A stretch of DNA of 63,474 nucleotides, filler included, from Reticulomyxa filosa (lineage: Eukaryota; Protista; Foraminifera): NCBI GenBank assembly GCA_000512085.1. It is 14 parts of 14 records of this genome, joined end to end, with 100 filler letters (N's around TTAATTAATTAA, not from the genome) between each part and the next. Parts side by side here need not be neighbours in the genome. Positions count along the whole stretch, not along the records: positions 49,682 to 52,054 come from ASPP01038590.1; positions 52,155 to 57,142 come from ASPP01018386.1; positions 57,243 to 60,238 come from ASPP01024949.1; positions 60,339 to 63,474 come from ASPP01011381.1; 10 more parts are not named here. One strand, written 5' to 3'. The position numbers and the translations under genes are program-made. The notes under the pieces are model-generated. The model was not told the origin of the DNA. It ran no database searches and was given only the letters and a program-made list of their open reading frames with translations. Below are positions 50,950-63,474 of this stretch, piece by piece; within the stretch, counting starts at the first letter, position 1, and each line of letters starts with the position of its first letter.

Positions 50950-51900
50950 TCCGGAGTGATACAGGCACTAAATACCACGATCATTCAATAATGTGCTTGA
51001 TACATTCAATGTATTTGGTTATGAATCGTGTTGGGTAGAAATTTCATGCCTGATCAAAAGGAATCGTTATTGTTCTGCAGTTTCTATCGAAATCTGCAGT
51101 GTAGTCACTTTAAGCAAGAATTACAATATGACATTATCATTGGAGGAGATTGGAATGCAATCATCATGACCTCGTCCCAAAAGGAACACAGACTCTAATG
51201 AAAATAAACAAAAAATGGAAAAGATCATTAAAGAAAAACATGATATTGCCATTTCGGCTTATTTAATAGTTAAAAAAAATTTCTTTGAAAGTATTTTCTT
51301 TGTATCTTTGTTAAGTCGATTACGAAAGAGAGTTCAGAGATCAAAGAACAGATTTTGTAAACAAAAAACACCAAGGAATTTAATGCTATATAAGAAAGCT
51401 GCCAAGAAATTGCGAAGGATATCGCAATTAGAAAAACATCAACATATGGTAACAGTATCAATTCGCTGCATGAAGGCAACACAAAGAATTTATTCGTACA
51501 ATTTAAGGCATTAAATACAATAAGATTTGTATCATTCCGGCATTGGTGAACAAGGAGATCAATTCAGTAGCAAGAGGCATTTCTATTGACAAAGACATTT
51601 GCAGAACCACCGCAGTCTCCAAAAGATGCTGATGAAAAACATTATGAAATGATTGAAAATGAATTAAATGTAAAGTGGCGATATCTAAACCATTGGAATT
51701 GGATGAAAGCTGCATTTGATCCTTTGACATTCATCTCTAAGATGTGGACATTCCATCATGTTTTGAAGGATTCAATCCATGGAAATTCAGGAACGGAGTA
51801 TCCATCATTAAAATGCTCTTGGACGTATTGTAATGACTACCAATCATAGTAGTAATGCCTTTAATCGGAAAAACCAATTCCAACACCAAGATTGAAATCC
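50950..51900 (+). mobile_element. Degenerate non-LTR (LINE-like) retrotransposon: APE endonuclease and pre-RT region
   Basis: ESCWVEI, ESLLFCSFYRN, YDIIIGGDWNA (GDFNA motif, ~51127-51160), then basic helix LRKRVQRSKNRFCKQKTPRNLMLYKKAAKKLRR; frameshifted and internally deleted. Confidence 0.65.
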
Positions 51901-52154
51901 TGCTTGATTTTGATGTAATAGATTTTGTTCATTTAAATACCATATCAATCTCATTGCAATAATTCGTTCCAATAACTTGCCAACACAAGATAGTAATGCA
52001 ATTGGTCTATAATTCTTGCATACACTATGGTCTCTATCTGGTTTCGGTATTGGGNNNNNNNNNNNNNNNNNNNNNNNNNNNNNNNNNNNNNNNNNNNNTT
52101 AATTAATTAANNNNNNNNNNNNNNNNNNNNNNNNNNNNNNNNNNNNNNNNNNNN

Positions 52155-53719
52155 TAATAGGCAACGAAACGTTTACCGTATATCTTAGGCTTGATCCTGC
52201 CACTGCTGGTGAGTCGTGGGCCTTCCATCGTTTTTCCATAAGCGAGCATAAGGTAGTGAGTTATGTTATTTTTTTTTTTTTTTAAAAAACGCCAAAATTT
52301 GTACATTTTTATACGTATTTTTCTAAAAAATAAAAAAAAATAAAAAAAAATAAAAAAAAATAAAAAAAAATAAAAAAAAGGATATTCCCACCGCTGCACC
52401 AACCCCTCTTCCAACGAATTTTCCCTCACTTGGACCCACCACGGTGCGTCCGTCGACACATCCGACAAAATTCCCAACAATCCGTCCAACTGCTTCTCCA
52501 GCGACAATCGCTTCAATAACCGCCTCTCCGTCACAACACCCAACAAGACAGCCAATTGCGACGCATTCACCGACACCAGACACGACCTCTCAGCCCACGT
52601 TACAACCGACATCGCGCGTGTCATCCTCGCCTTCCATCTCACCTTCCATCTCACCTTCCATCTCACCTTCCATTCGGCCTTCCATCTCACCTTCCGTTCG
52701 GCCTTCCATTCCACCTTCCGTCACGCCGACTCAGACACGGCCCCCAACACAAATAATTGAGGAAACAACAGTTTTGTTTTGTTTTGTTTTGTGTTTGATT
52801 TGGTTTGGGTTTATGTTGTGTCCTCCCTACTGTTTTTTTTTTTTTTTTTTTTCCCTCCTCTTTTCTTGAAGAGAAAGAGTCAGTTGATATTAATAAACAT
52901 TAAAAAATTGATAGTCGTTCACTTCGACGCAAAGCGCGACAAAAAATGCTTCAAAGTCAAAAAGTTTATTTTTTTTTTATTTGCCAATACACGTTGCTTG
53001 CGTGTTGGCATTTGAAACAGATTTTTTTTTTTTTAATTGTGAAATAATTGGTTTGATTTTGTTTGTGTTGAATTTAAAATTGGGCTCACTGTTTTGTGTC
53101 GCATCGCAGAGAAAGAGACCTTTGTGGAAATCGTGGTGATTCCAATCGTGTTGTTTGTGGTTATTTTGATCACTGGCGGATTGCTGTTTTGTGTTGTCAC
53201 CGAGAAACGAATGGAGGCCGCAAAGCGAAAACAAATGCTCCAAAATAATGTACAAGATAATCAGAGAATCAGCATCGGGAATGCTTTGAGCATCACTCCT
53301 GGAGCGGAAGATGTGGAGGCATTGGACGCTGAAAGGTACAATCGCTTGACTTTGGTTGAGACAAGGAGAGCGACGACAGACGAATCACGAAAACAAGACA
53401 ACAGTTTATAAAAAAATATATATATGTATATATTTTTTAATGGGATTTTTTAAAATTGTTTGGATATTTTTTTTTTTTTTTTTTTTTTTGAGGGCATATG
53501 AATAAAAATCATGCACTTTTGTTTGTTTGTTTGTTTGTTTGCTCGGGGGAAAAATAAAATAATAATAAAAAAGTGGTTCGATTGAGTAGCAATGCAAGTG
53601 ACGTGACAGAAACACCTCGTCTTAGCGACGTGGATAGTAAGCCTACCGTTGAAGGAGAACGAGATCATGCCATAAGTGTTGACGTAATCGACGAAGGACG
53701 GAAAGCCACTGGAGAATAG
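52155..53719 (+). CDS. Type I membrane protein with P/T/S-rich mucin-like stalk (5'-truncated)
   Basis: Exon PTAAPTPLPTNFPSLGPTT...(PSIS)n, TM helix IVVIPIVLFVVILITGGLLFCVV, cytoplasmic tail, last exon ending with TAG at 53717-53719. Confidence 0.7.
52630..52720 (+). repeat. 12-bp minisatellite (CCTTCCATCTCA) encoding PSIS/PSIR
   Basis: About 7 imperfect tandem copies visible. Confidence 0.85.
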
Positions 53720-54501
53720 AGTCGATGTTTGTGTATTGTTTTATTGTTTTTTTTTGGCTGCTGTTGTTGAACAACTTCTTCGCTCTTGAGTTTCACTTAT
53801 TTAAAGGGAGAAGAAATTTTTTTGGTATTGGGTAATTATTGCATTGATATCATTAATTTCACATTTATCGGAATTGAAAATACACACTGTTTGAAGTATT
53901 GACTTGCAAAGGTTTTTTTACTGGAGAAAAACAGTTTTATGCTGTTTTTTTTTAAAAAAACCGGTCACTGATATTGTTTAAATATATTTTCTCGGAAGCA
54001 ATAACATACGCAAAAATTGTAATTTTACAACATTCAAACATACCAAAAAGACGCATTATTATTATTTTGTAGACCGGTTGGTATTTAAAATTATGTACGT
54101 TGGAAGATGCTAGTTTGCCAAAAGTTTTTAAAAGTTTTTGAAGCAAAGATTTTATTTTTCGATATACACTAATCCTTATAGTTAATTTTAATCTTAGTAC
54201 TTAAACTGTGATGACAAATTTAGATATTGCATTGTACACATCACACTTGTAACTTTTTCCTTCATTTAATTTACAATATTTGAAAACAAAAAAGCGCACG
54301 TATAATGCTACTTTGTTCTCCGTGAAAAACAAACACTTAATATTCGTTTTAAAACTTATTTGTAGCAGTGAAACTTCTGAAAAAATCAATAAGAAGTGTT
54401 TATTTTCATTTTGACGTTTGCAGAAATATATTGTTAAAAGATTCTGTAAAACAAAAACGAAGGGGGGAGGACAAACACTATTTAGAGCAAAACACACAAC
54501 A

Positions 54502-54861
54502 ATGTCTCATCACGTAAACATGACTTTGGGAACTGCCTGCTCTTTAGGAGGGATTTATGGGTATTATACGAAGCGATCCAGACCTTCTTTGATTGCAGGA
54601 TTAGCGTTGGGTAGTATGTACTACTTGTCAGGATTTTTGATAGCCACCAACCGAAATCCAGAATTGGGGCATCAAATCGGAACATTAACAAGTGCAGCAT
54701 TAGCGACGGCTATGGCCAGAAGAGCAATAAAATCTGAAAAGAAGGTTGTACCTTCTACATTGGTATTTGCAGGATTGGCCGGATTTGGTTACAATTTGCG
54801 TAAGACAATTCAATATATGACTCCAGCGGAACTAGATGATGAACATACTCATATTCAATAA
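54502..54861 (+). CDS. TMEM14: TMEM14 (UPF0136) family small membrane protein
   Basis: LGGIYGYYTKRSRPSLIAGLALGSMY...LATAMARRAIKSEKKVVP matches the TMEM14 signature. Confidence 0.88.
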   Translation: MSHHVNMTLGTACSLGGIYGYYTKRSRPSLIAGLALGSMYYLSGFLIATNRNPELGHQIGTLTSAALATAMARRAIKSEKKVVPSTLVFAGLAGFGYNLRKTIQYMTPAELDDEHTHIQ

Positions 54862-55649
54862 GAGTATCTTCATTTATGTTTGACACAAAAAGATCTGAAA
54901 ACGTGCAAGGCAATGCATTTGCTCTTTATTTTCTTATTAAATCTGATGAGCCAAACTTTAAAGTCAGTACTTTGTTACATATAATTACTCCCGCAATATC
55001 TCAAGCAGTATTTTTTAAAAGAGATCAATAAAAGGGTAAATTTTCTCTAATTATATATATTTCTAGTTCGTTAACAGAATCAAAACCCGACCTAAAAAAG
55101 TTCCGTCTCCCGAAAAAGAGGGAAGCTTCTGGCCAGGTTCAAGATTGATTTCACATTTTTTGAGAAAATCTAGTCTGACAGATACAAATGCACGGCTATG
55201 ATGTCTGACCATTCAAAGATCCGTTATTAATATGAGATTAACTTTTTTTTTTTTTTTTAGAAATCTATAAATTATCCAAGTATTATTTTAAATTCTTTTT
55301 TTTGCATGGATGAATGTGATAAATATATGTTCACTTCTCAAAAGCCAGGACACTTATTGTTGATAGTACTTATTTACAGAAAATGCAACGAGTAATGAAG
55401 CTGTAATAAAATGATTGAAAGAATGTTTTACACCAAAAAAGCAGTGACAATATCATTGAACTCTTCGGGCCAGTGTGCCTGTTTTAAGCGACTTTGTAGT
55501 AGCCAGTATTGAATAATAACGCAAGCATCATCTCCAACCTGACCATTTTTTTTTTTTTTTTTTTTTTGCAAAAATATCGTTTCGTATCAAAACTAAAACT
55601 TGATAAAAAAAAAAACAAAAAGAATAAGAATAAAAAAGTAACTTTTCCA

Positions 55650-56597
55650 GTGACATCATCAATGGAAATTTTGAGATGTTGTTGACTGGCCTCCTCACAG
55701 TCATTGACTCCGCCAATGATATGTACAAACATTCCATCAGCAGTGACAAGAGCAAGTGTTTCATTGGTGCTCGGGAACCGATATTTGATTTTTGTCCATT
55801 TTTTTTTTTGTGATGGAAAAAGCAAAGACTTCGGTTAAGAACCTGTCGGCGTCATAGCCTCCAAACAACACGACTTTGTCGTTGACACAAACAAAGGAGT
55901 AGTCAATGACATAAGTCAATTCAAAGCAAACAGGTATCGACTCATATTGAAACCTATGTTGGTCTTCGTCATATTTGATGGACAGGCCAATATTGGAATT
56001 GAACAATAGCATTTGATTGTCGTTTGTTTTGACAAAGCAACTCCCACCAATCAGTTGGTCGGCTGGTAATATCTCTCTTATCACTGGCTCCAAAGATGGC
56101 CATTTGAAAACTGATATGTGATTGGGGTTGTTCACTACAAATAAAAATTGATTGTTACTTCCTCCAATTTGTGCACGTGCATCTTCCATATCGCTCTCGT
56201 TACCATTGCTTCCATTGTCTATTGTGTTCGCCATTGCTATCCATTTGTTTTCTTCTTCTTCTTCTTCTTTTTCTTTCACTCTCTTTACTTCATTTTCATC
56301 CCATACGCTGCGATATTTCATTAGTAACGTGTGTTTATTTTCCCCACCAAAAGACAACACTGTCAACACTTTGTTGTCCTCACTTACTTCACACTTCACC
56401 ACTGCGTGCCCTTCCAATTCCAAACCGTCTGGATATTTACATATCTCCTTGTACTCTTCTCTTACTGTGTCATAGGACAGGCAGATGTTCTCGCATAAAC
56501 CTCCACAGATAATAAGCTCTGTATTGAATGCCACACATTGCGCTCGGCGCAAAGGAAAGGGCAACTTAGGTAAAGATTGAAAACCATGACCAAGCAT
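55650..56597 (-). CDS. Kelch-like beta-propeller protein (frameshift in poly-A run at ~55800)
   Basis: LPFPLRRAQCV...ELIICGG..CLSYD, GHAVVK, LSFGG, IGGSNNQFLFV, VVLFGGY; continues in another frame as KKKWTK...VHIIGG. Confidence 0.8.
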
Positions 56598-56996
56598 ATT
56601 TTTTTTAAATAATTGAGTACCCGCGCGAAACTTTTTTTTTCAAAAAAAAAAAATGTCCATGTTTAGCTTGTTACGATATCAACAAGTCAATATCTTTATT
56701 TACGATTACACATCATAATTAAAACACAGAAGCTTCATCTGACCACTAGATTGATACAAAAAAATTCAAATAATCATAAAAGATTTCTTTTTAATACTTG
56801 TGTGACTGAAGTAGACAAAAGAAGAAGAGATTGGATAAATTTTACATTGCTGGATTAAAATCTTACAAATTAAATTTGGATAGATCAGTGATCTTGACAA
56901 CACCTGTCATCGATTATGCTATGTTTTTTTCCAAATAATTATAAAAATATACTATTTACAAGCAACTACTTTCTTGGATGAATGAAGTTGAATATA

Positions 56997-57142
56997 CAGT
57001 AGGTTGCAAAGAAATCTGAACGCCTAAAACGATATCATATGATGATAATTGATTTTTTCCATGAAAAATCAACATTTAGACCTAATTTTTTTTTTTAAAT
57101 ATCTAAATGTTGATTTTTCATGGAGAAAATCAATTATCATCA
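56997..57142. mobile_element. Longer hairpin MITE of the same Tc1-type family, cut by contig end
   Basis: TA + CAGTAGGTTGCAAAGAAATCTGAACGCCTAAAAC..., nearly identical to the 22963 arm; internal inverted arms TGATGATAATTGATTTTTTCCATGAAAAATCAACATTTAGA / TCTAAATGTTGATTTTTCATGGAGAAAATCAATTATCATCA. Confidence 0.88.
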
Positions 57143-57242
57143 NNNNNNNNNNNNNNNNNNNNNNNNNNNNNNNNNNNNNNNNNNNNTTAATTAATTAANN
57201 NNNNNNNNNNNNNNNNNNNNNNNNNNNNNNNNNNNNNNNNNN

Positions 57243-60150
57243 GCTGTAGAGTTCGTTGTGGAACTGACATCTGTTCAAACAAAGCCACCAATTCAAACCT
57301 TTCCTTTTTGTGTGTGTGTGTGGTATGTGTTTATTTATCAATTGTGATGATTTTTAACCTGTCGTTTTTGCTTCAAGCCCATGTATTTGTTCTTTCGATT
57401 GTGTACTCACTTTGGATTTCGGCACATCTTTTTGCCCATCCGCTTCACCGTGAACGTCTGATTCTATTCCTGATTCTGTTTTTTCAGCAGTGTCCGACGC
57501 ATACGCGCCCGATGTCTGATATTGGTTCACACACACACACATATATATATATATACAGGAATTGGGCGAAAATATATACATATACATATATAAAATCTCT
57601 CAAATAAAGCCAAACTTGCAAAGTAGAAAATTGATCAGAGAAAAATTTGTATCCAGGTGCACTATGCAAGAGACGGAAAAGCAAAGGAAATTTTTCTTTG
57701 TAAGCGAGCAACAATTCGACGGTTTTTTCAGAAAATTCGATTTGATAGTGCATTCCCTTCCACTCGTGCACAGGACGATATGTGGAATAAAAGTCTTCTT
57801 CCTCTTGCCCCTCTCGCCCAGGGAAATACTGCTGTTGCTGTTGGAGAGAAACGGGAGCGGCACGAGCGTATCCTGGGACGACAAGTCCATGAGAACTAAG
57901 TTTAAGTTTCAACCCCAAATCCAAGTCTTGTTTCAAATGTCGCACAGTGACAACGCCGCAGATACGAGAAAACACGCTCGGAGAAACTTTCACCAAGTCT
58001 GCAGCCTCATTGATCGAATAGTATTTCAATTTGCGTCGATGCTCTTTAATTATATCATACGCAAAGTCTTTGTGTTCAAACCGTCCCATCACACGAATAT
58101 CCACCGTATTTTGTTCCGGCTCTTTCATCACACGTCCAACTTTGCCAAAGTACTCACGTATGCTGCCAATGTACATTACTGCTGTGCCCACTTGGAGTTC
58201 CGACTCCGTGTTTATTTTCCTATCATTTATATATACATATATGTATATGTATACGTATATGTATACGTATATGTATATATATATATACATTAATGAATAC
58301 AAAACTTGTCAATGAATCTTCGATCAATAACCAAACTAGAAGTGTCGCGCTTTACGATGAATTGCAATGGAACCACCATGTTTTCGTTACCCCACATTTT
58401 AATGGCGTGCTGCCTATGCTGCTGCATGCCATTGGGATAGCGGAAATGGGAATGAAGAGTGGTCCTGCGCTTCATGCCATTGATGAGACGGACGGTGACA
58501 AGGATGTGAATGACTCCGCAGTCGATGCCGAGCGTGGTCAAGTAGTGCTGTTGCAACTTGGTGGTTTCTTTATGAAACTGAAAGTACTCTTCCTGCGACT
58601 TGTTCGTGGCGATTGGTTGTCGCTCGTTGTCAAAGTAAAACTTTCTTGCCACTGTCTCCACCATCAGCACTTTGGCCTCGCGCAAGTACGGCCACTCCAC
58701 GAAGCAAGTCTCATTCAAACAAAGGAAGTCCCATGCCGTGCGTTCCAACTCCTCGTATTTGGGCTGTTTCTCGCTCGAGCGGGACCACATTTGTTGGATC
58801 GACAGCACCATTGTCTCGTACTTTGATTTTAATCCAAAGATTTTGCACCCAATCTATTTTTTGACAAAACGAATGTAAAAGTGATCAACTTTGTACTCAG
58901 TTAGATTCTCTTATTTTATATACACATATACATATACACATATGTATATAATAAACTTTTTTTGTTGCGGTGGAGAAGCGCATAATGGACAATTGTGGAA
59001 AGCCTTGGAGCGGCGCATAACTTCCTTTGCACGGCTCAGGGAAGAACTTGCCTTGATTGACTTCGATAGGAGGCTCCACAAAGCGACAATTGGAGACGAC
59101 GTCATTCATCGATCCGAATGTCTGTGGTCCAGGTATGCGTCTCCGTTGCTTCGCCCTTTCGGGGTCGAACTGCAACATTTGCGTATACGTACGACGATTG
59201 CGCATTTTTTCTTCTTCCTTTTTAATTCATTATTATTTTTTTAAAAAAATGTTTGTTTATTACTTGACGAACAACACAAGATTTTTTTTTTTTTTTTTAA
59301 AAAAAAGAGTCAAATAATAACGGTGAGTTGAGTGAGTGGATCAATAGTGGCCACAGCCTCCTTGATCTTCCTCTCGTCCACAAAGGGCAACAACGCAATC
59401 CCTTCCCATGGGTTCGTGGCATAGTCTAGGTCGATTTTGAACGAAGTGGGATACAAATGCACGATGGGCGATTTGGGGTCTGTCATCAAGTTGCGAAAGG
59501 GCTCTGGCAAGAGTTTGGACGACGCGATCGGCAAAAGCGTCAACGAATGTTCGAACGGCAGCAAAGGCTCGCCCAATGCAAAGTGACACGTCAGGTCTTT
59601 GCCCACAAACGCCATGTCGCTCACCAAAGGCGCGTAGTAATGAGGATAATGCCAACTCCACGAAGGGACCCCTTGGTAGAAATAGTCCAGCACCCATTGC
59701 AGACCTTGCAGATAATCTTTGCACAATTGCAGTCGATTTTCGCGATTGCTCATTTCCCTGTCCGGCCAACGCTGTTGATAGTAGTGATATTTGAAGCTTG
59801 TTTCTTGTTTCAAATTCGAGTCCTTCACATTTTCTATGTAATACACATAAACAATACAGATATATGCACATATCACAATACAATATTTTTCTCCCCTTTG
59901 GAAGGAAATTAGTTTGTTGTCTGTTGATTTGAAAAGAAAAAGAGACCATGGAGTAAAGCCAATTCTTTTTCGATCATTTCCAGCTTGGGCTGTTTGACAT
60001 ATGAATTGTGACATCGATGGAAGTTGCGTTGCCAATATTCTTTCAGAAACTGCAACTGTTCAATTAAATGAGGTTTTTCAAACTCGGCCAATTTTTGTAA
60101 GAACATATAAATACTCTCCGCATTCAATTTGCCATGATTGGTCAGATAAT
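57243..60150 (-). CDS. XRN1: 5'-3' exoribonuclease 1, internal exons
   Basis: YLTNHGKLN, YLQGLQWVLDYFYQGVPSWSWHYPHYYAP, FALGEPLLPFE, LMTDPKSPIVHLYPTSFKIDL, WEGIALLPFVDE; XRN1-specific C-terminal FVEWPYLREAKV and DLGLKLK...VPGYAR. Confidence 0.95.
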
Positions 60151-60188
60151 CTGAAGTAAAATGACAAATATATAAATATATATATATA

Positions 60189-60238
<50 letters not shown>

Positions 60239-60338
60239 NNNNNNNNNNNNNNNNNNNNNNNNNNNNNNNNNNNNNNNNNNNNTTAATTAATTAANNNNNN
60301 NNNNNNNNNNNNNNNNNNNNNNNNNNNNNNNNNNNNNN

Positions 60339-60378
<40 letters not shown>

Positions 60379-61477
60379 GAAGTGATAAAAGAAAAAAAAA
60401 AAAACTCGTTGATTTGTCACGTCTGTCATTCGGGAGTGTTGCATTTGTTGCAAACTCAAGTGCAACCAAGGGAACTGAGTTGCTCTTGGAGTCTTTGGAA
60501 TACCATTGGTTTCGTCTGGTAATGTCGCTGTGCTCGTTTCGCCTCTTATTCCATTGTCCCCTGTCGGTCGTATCCGCTGTGATGGTGGCACATTTGAATG
60601 GTACAAAGAACATCGGTTTCTATAAATTGGTTTTGTTTTTTTGTTTTATTTTGCTTTGTTTTGTGTTTGCAATAAAATTTATTCTTTGTTGGTCAAAACT
60701 GTTGTTTCAGTCGCATATCTCGAAAATGTAGATGAGAAAAATCTTGGCTGGGAAATGGGTAATGCTCTTTTTCCTCGCTTTCAATTAGCCTGGACGGGCT
60801 GACGGGCGTTTGTATGCCTGACATATCCATTTTTTTGTGGCAATTGAACACTGCTTTGGTACACGAGTTCCTTTGACTTCTTTCACCTTTTTCTTACAAA
60901 GATAAAATATCTGGGTCTTTTTTTGTCCTGTAGAGGGGCTACACTTGTTTTCTTAAACTGACGGAAAGACGTTATTGTCTCTATCCAAACTATTACATCG
61001 AATATCTTTATCCTGTCCATTCCCATTACAAGCTTTTCTTTCGATTGAAATCCCTTATTAATGTTGCTTCATTACTTGAAAAGTTTAATAACTCTTAATT
61101 CATTTTCGAAAAACTTTGACGACAATTACAATTTCTAAAATAAAATATGCTGAGAAATAATTGGCTACTACAAGGTGTCAGTGATGATAAAAAGAAAACA
61201 TTTCAAGGAAAATAAAGAAGGTTTTTTCGCAGAAATTCAGTTTTTCGGAAAAGGCGAATGTTTGTCAAAGATAATGTGTATAAATCCTTTCACTCGCACA
61301 AGAATGTTTTAGTATCGACATCATTTCAAATTTTAGGATGTCTTGAGAACACTTTTTTTTGGTCGCAAAAACACAGCACCCACCAAAAAAACGTTCTTTT
61401 GACGAGAAAAAGAAAAAAAAAGTTGAATAAAACAAACAACAAAATTGGAAGTCAACTATCCATTGCAACAACTTCGT

Positions 61478-62245
61478 CTAGGATTGGCAATGTTTGCGAT
61501 ATTGTGTTAAATTCATCAAATCTTTGAGCTGTGTACATAGGAACAAAAAAGCGCAAAAGCGAATTAATACTTGGTTTTTTTTTATTTAAAAAAAAAAAAG
61601 TACAAAGTAAATAACACCATGTAGTGTGCGCACACAAAACACATACCTCTTTGTTGTCATTGACTCTTAATTTTATCATCCATCCAGATTGAAGAGGTGA
61701 TTTATTTACAATCCCAGGATCATTTTGTAAAGTTCCATTCACTTCTACCACAGTCCCAGAGACAGGAGAATACAGTTCACTCACAGCTTTCACAGACTCA
61801 ATTGAACCAAAGGTCTCATGGGCTTTGAATTCGTCCCCTTCTTTTGGTAATTCTACAAAAACTACGTCGCCCAACTTTTGATTTTGTTTTGTGTTTATTT
61901 ATCTGCACTTTTTTGTTTTTTTAAAATTATTTTATTTGTGTTGTTGTGCGGTTTAATGAACATACTGCATTCTGGGCATGATCTGTAATTCCCACCACAG
62001 ACACTCCATCTGCATCAGGAGGTGTGACCCATTCGTGGTCTTTCGTATAAAAACAATTTCCTTCCGAAACTATCCCGTGTCCCAAAAGTGCCTTTTAGAT
62101 CTTTCAAAGAAAACAAGTCTGAAAAAACAGCTTGTGTAACCAAACTTTTGGTAAAATTATAACAAGACCAACGATGAAGAGGAATACTTCTTGTTCTATT
62201 GACAATCGAATTTAAAATAGCTGGACGAAAAATTGCTCTCATCAT
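61478..62245 (-). CDS. GCSH: Glycine cleavage system H protein, mitochondrial
   Basis: R-rich transit peptide, FYTKDHEW, VGITDHAQNA|LGDVVFVELP, lipoyl-lysine motif SIESVKAVSELYSPVSGTVVEVN, GWMIKL; three introns; stop at 61478-61480. Confidence 0.95.
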
Positions 62246-62737
62246 CTTCGCCTCAATACTGTTTTTCAAAGGGTGAGTGGACAACGTAGTTTTTTTTGTG
62301 GTTTAAAACAAGTTTGAGTTGTAGTTTTCAAACAAAACTGTTTTGAGAGTTCCACAAACACGATGAGTGTTTTGTTTCTAATCTATATCTTCTCAATTAA
62401 TAATTATATTGCCATATTTGATAACTTTAGTATTGTTCTGGCTTTTTTCTTGTGTCCATATGTCATCCCTGTAAGAACAACAACTTATATAGACAAAAAA
62501 ATTTTTAATTTTTGACGTTTTTGGCTTTGACATCAAGTTTGAAAAACTGAAGCGTAAAAATATTGCTGGAGCAAGTTCGGCCTTTTGAATGGCAGGAATT
62601 GTAAATTTTGAAAGTTAGAAAAATTCTTGACAAGCAAGATAACAAGAAATTAGTCGAATATTTTAAACTGATTTTTTTTTTTTTCTGTTGTTTTTTTCGT
62701 TTTGCGAAGGATTGAATCGATCTTGAAATAGAGAGGA

Positions 62738-63247
62738 ATGATTACTCCAAGTATCCTATTGGCTTTGGCGTCTTTAGTTGCGACATTGTTTATCGCCGCT
62801 CCATCCATGAGCGGATATTTTTGGCGCTACGTATTTTTTAAAGATTGTATATATATTCGACAAAGACATTTTAATGTGGTAGTAGCAATAGAGAGCTTAT
62901 TGCTCGTATTAGCTTGGGTAGAACGGCCATTAGCCTTTTTATTATACACAGGAGAAATAACTAAAAACGGCGTGCTTGTGTACATTGATAACGTGTTATG
63001 GAGCATTTGTTATCCTGGAATAGTGTTGACAGTGTGTTGGCGATATTGGATATTTTACTGCGATGTGAATATTCATCAAAACAAAGCCAATAAAACATGG
63101 ACGGAAATCATCAATCCAATTTCAAACAAGGCCGACTTTGTCTTGGAGCACATCAGCACCTATGGCAACACTCGATGGTGCGGGATTCGTCTCATTTTTA
63201 TTTATGTCGCTCTCGCGACCATTCAATTTGTGTTGAGCTATTATTAA
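62738..63247 (+). CDS. Multi-pass membrane protein, 7TM-receptor-like N-terminal half
   Basis: Four hydrophobic helices with YIRQRH after TM1 and WRYWIFYCD after TM3; probably continues beyond the window. Confidence 0.5.
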   Translation: MITPSILLALASLVATLFIAAPSMSGYFWRYVFFKDCIYIRQRHFNVVVAIESLLLVLAWVERPLAFLLYTGEITKNGVLVYIDNVLWSICYPGIVLTVCWRYWIFYCDVNIHQNKANKTWTEIINPISNKADFVLEHISTYGNTRWCGIRLIFIYVALATIQFVLSYY

Positions 63248-63474
63248 CTTTCTATTGTGTGTGTATGCGTGTGTACATATCAGTGTATCCTCTTTCTGAA
63301 GAGATTCAAGTGTTACACCGCTTATGTACTTCTTTCAATGCGTGCATTCCTGGCACATCACTTCAAAAAAAAAAAAAAAAAAAAAAGGGGATCAAATAAT
63401 GTTTTTAAAAATTTTTTTATTTTTATTAAAAAAAAAAATATATTGAACTTTTCCTTAAAAAAAAAAAAAAAAAA

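Noticed and set aside
55795-55812. Programmed frameshift in the kelch-like gene
   Set aside because: Occurs in a long homopolymer in an assembly full of them; a sequencing error is more likely.
57562-59912. Long plus-strand ORFs (243, 177, 151 aa) overlapping XRN1
   Set aside because: Antisense shadows of GC-richer XRN1 exons with no independent motifs.
1814-60338. Recurring TTAATTAATTAA palindrome between N-runs as a CRISPR-like or biological repeat
   Set aside because: Fixed 44N-12-44N format with stops in six frames; it is a concatenation linker.
60414-60870. Possible terminal exons of a membrane protein
   Set aside because: Too short, and the exon structure is too ambiguous to assign a product.

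Overview
This window is not a continuous locus. It is 14 short contigs joined by 13 identical 100-bp linkers (44 N + TTAATTAATTAA + 44 N), so adjacency across linkers carries no biological meaning. Thirteen contigs look like an AT-rich, intron- and microsatellite-rich protist genome with many pseudogenes; the gene-family repertoire suggests a foraminiferan such as Reticulomyxa (inference). They carry parts of an RNF213/mysterin-like AAA+ protein, a SAM+DEP protein, UFD1, XRN1, glycine cleavage H protein, TMEM14, a GNAT, a permuted NlpC/P60 amidase, kelch-like propellers, a 7TM-like protein, a Tc1 transposon with derived hairpin MITEs, a LINE remnant and half of a tRNA-Arg(CCG). Two things stand out. 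(1) Contig 31108-35424 is intronless and bacterial-looking: a decayed IS1-family element sits directly upstream of a >1088-aa lipase(class 3)-NB-ARC-TPR protein with near-identical 42-aa repeats, i.e. an NLR-like receptor with a lipase effector. (2) At 13768-20069 there is a convergent pair of diverged paralogous helical/coiled-coil + SAM-like genes, only one of which carries an aromatic W/Y-rich 'tongue', reminiscent of two-component alpha-helical pore-forming toxins (speculative). All calls are by-eye motif recognition; no searches were run.
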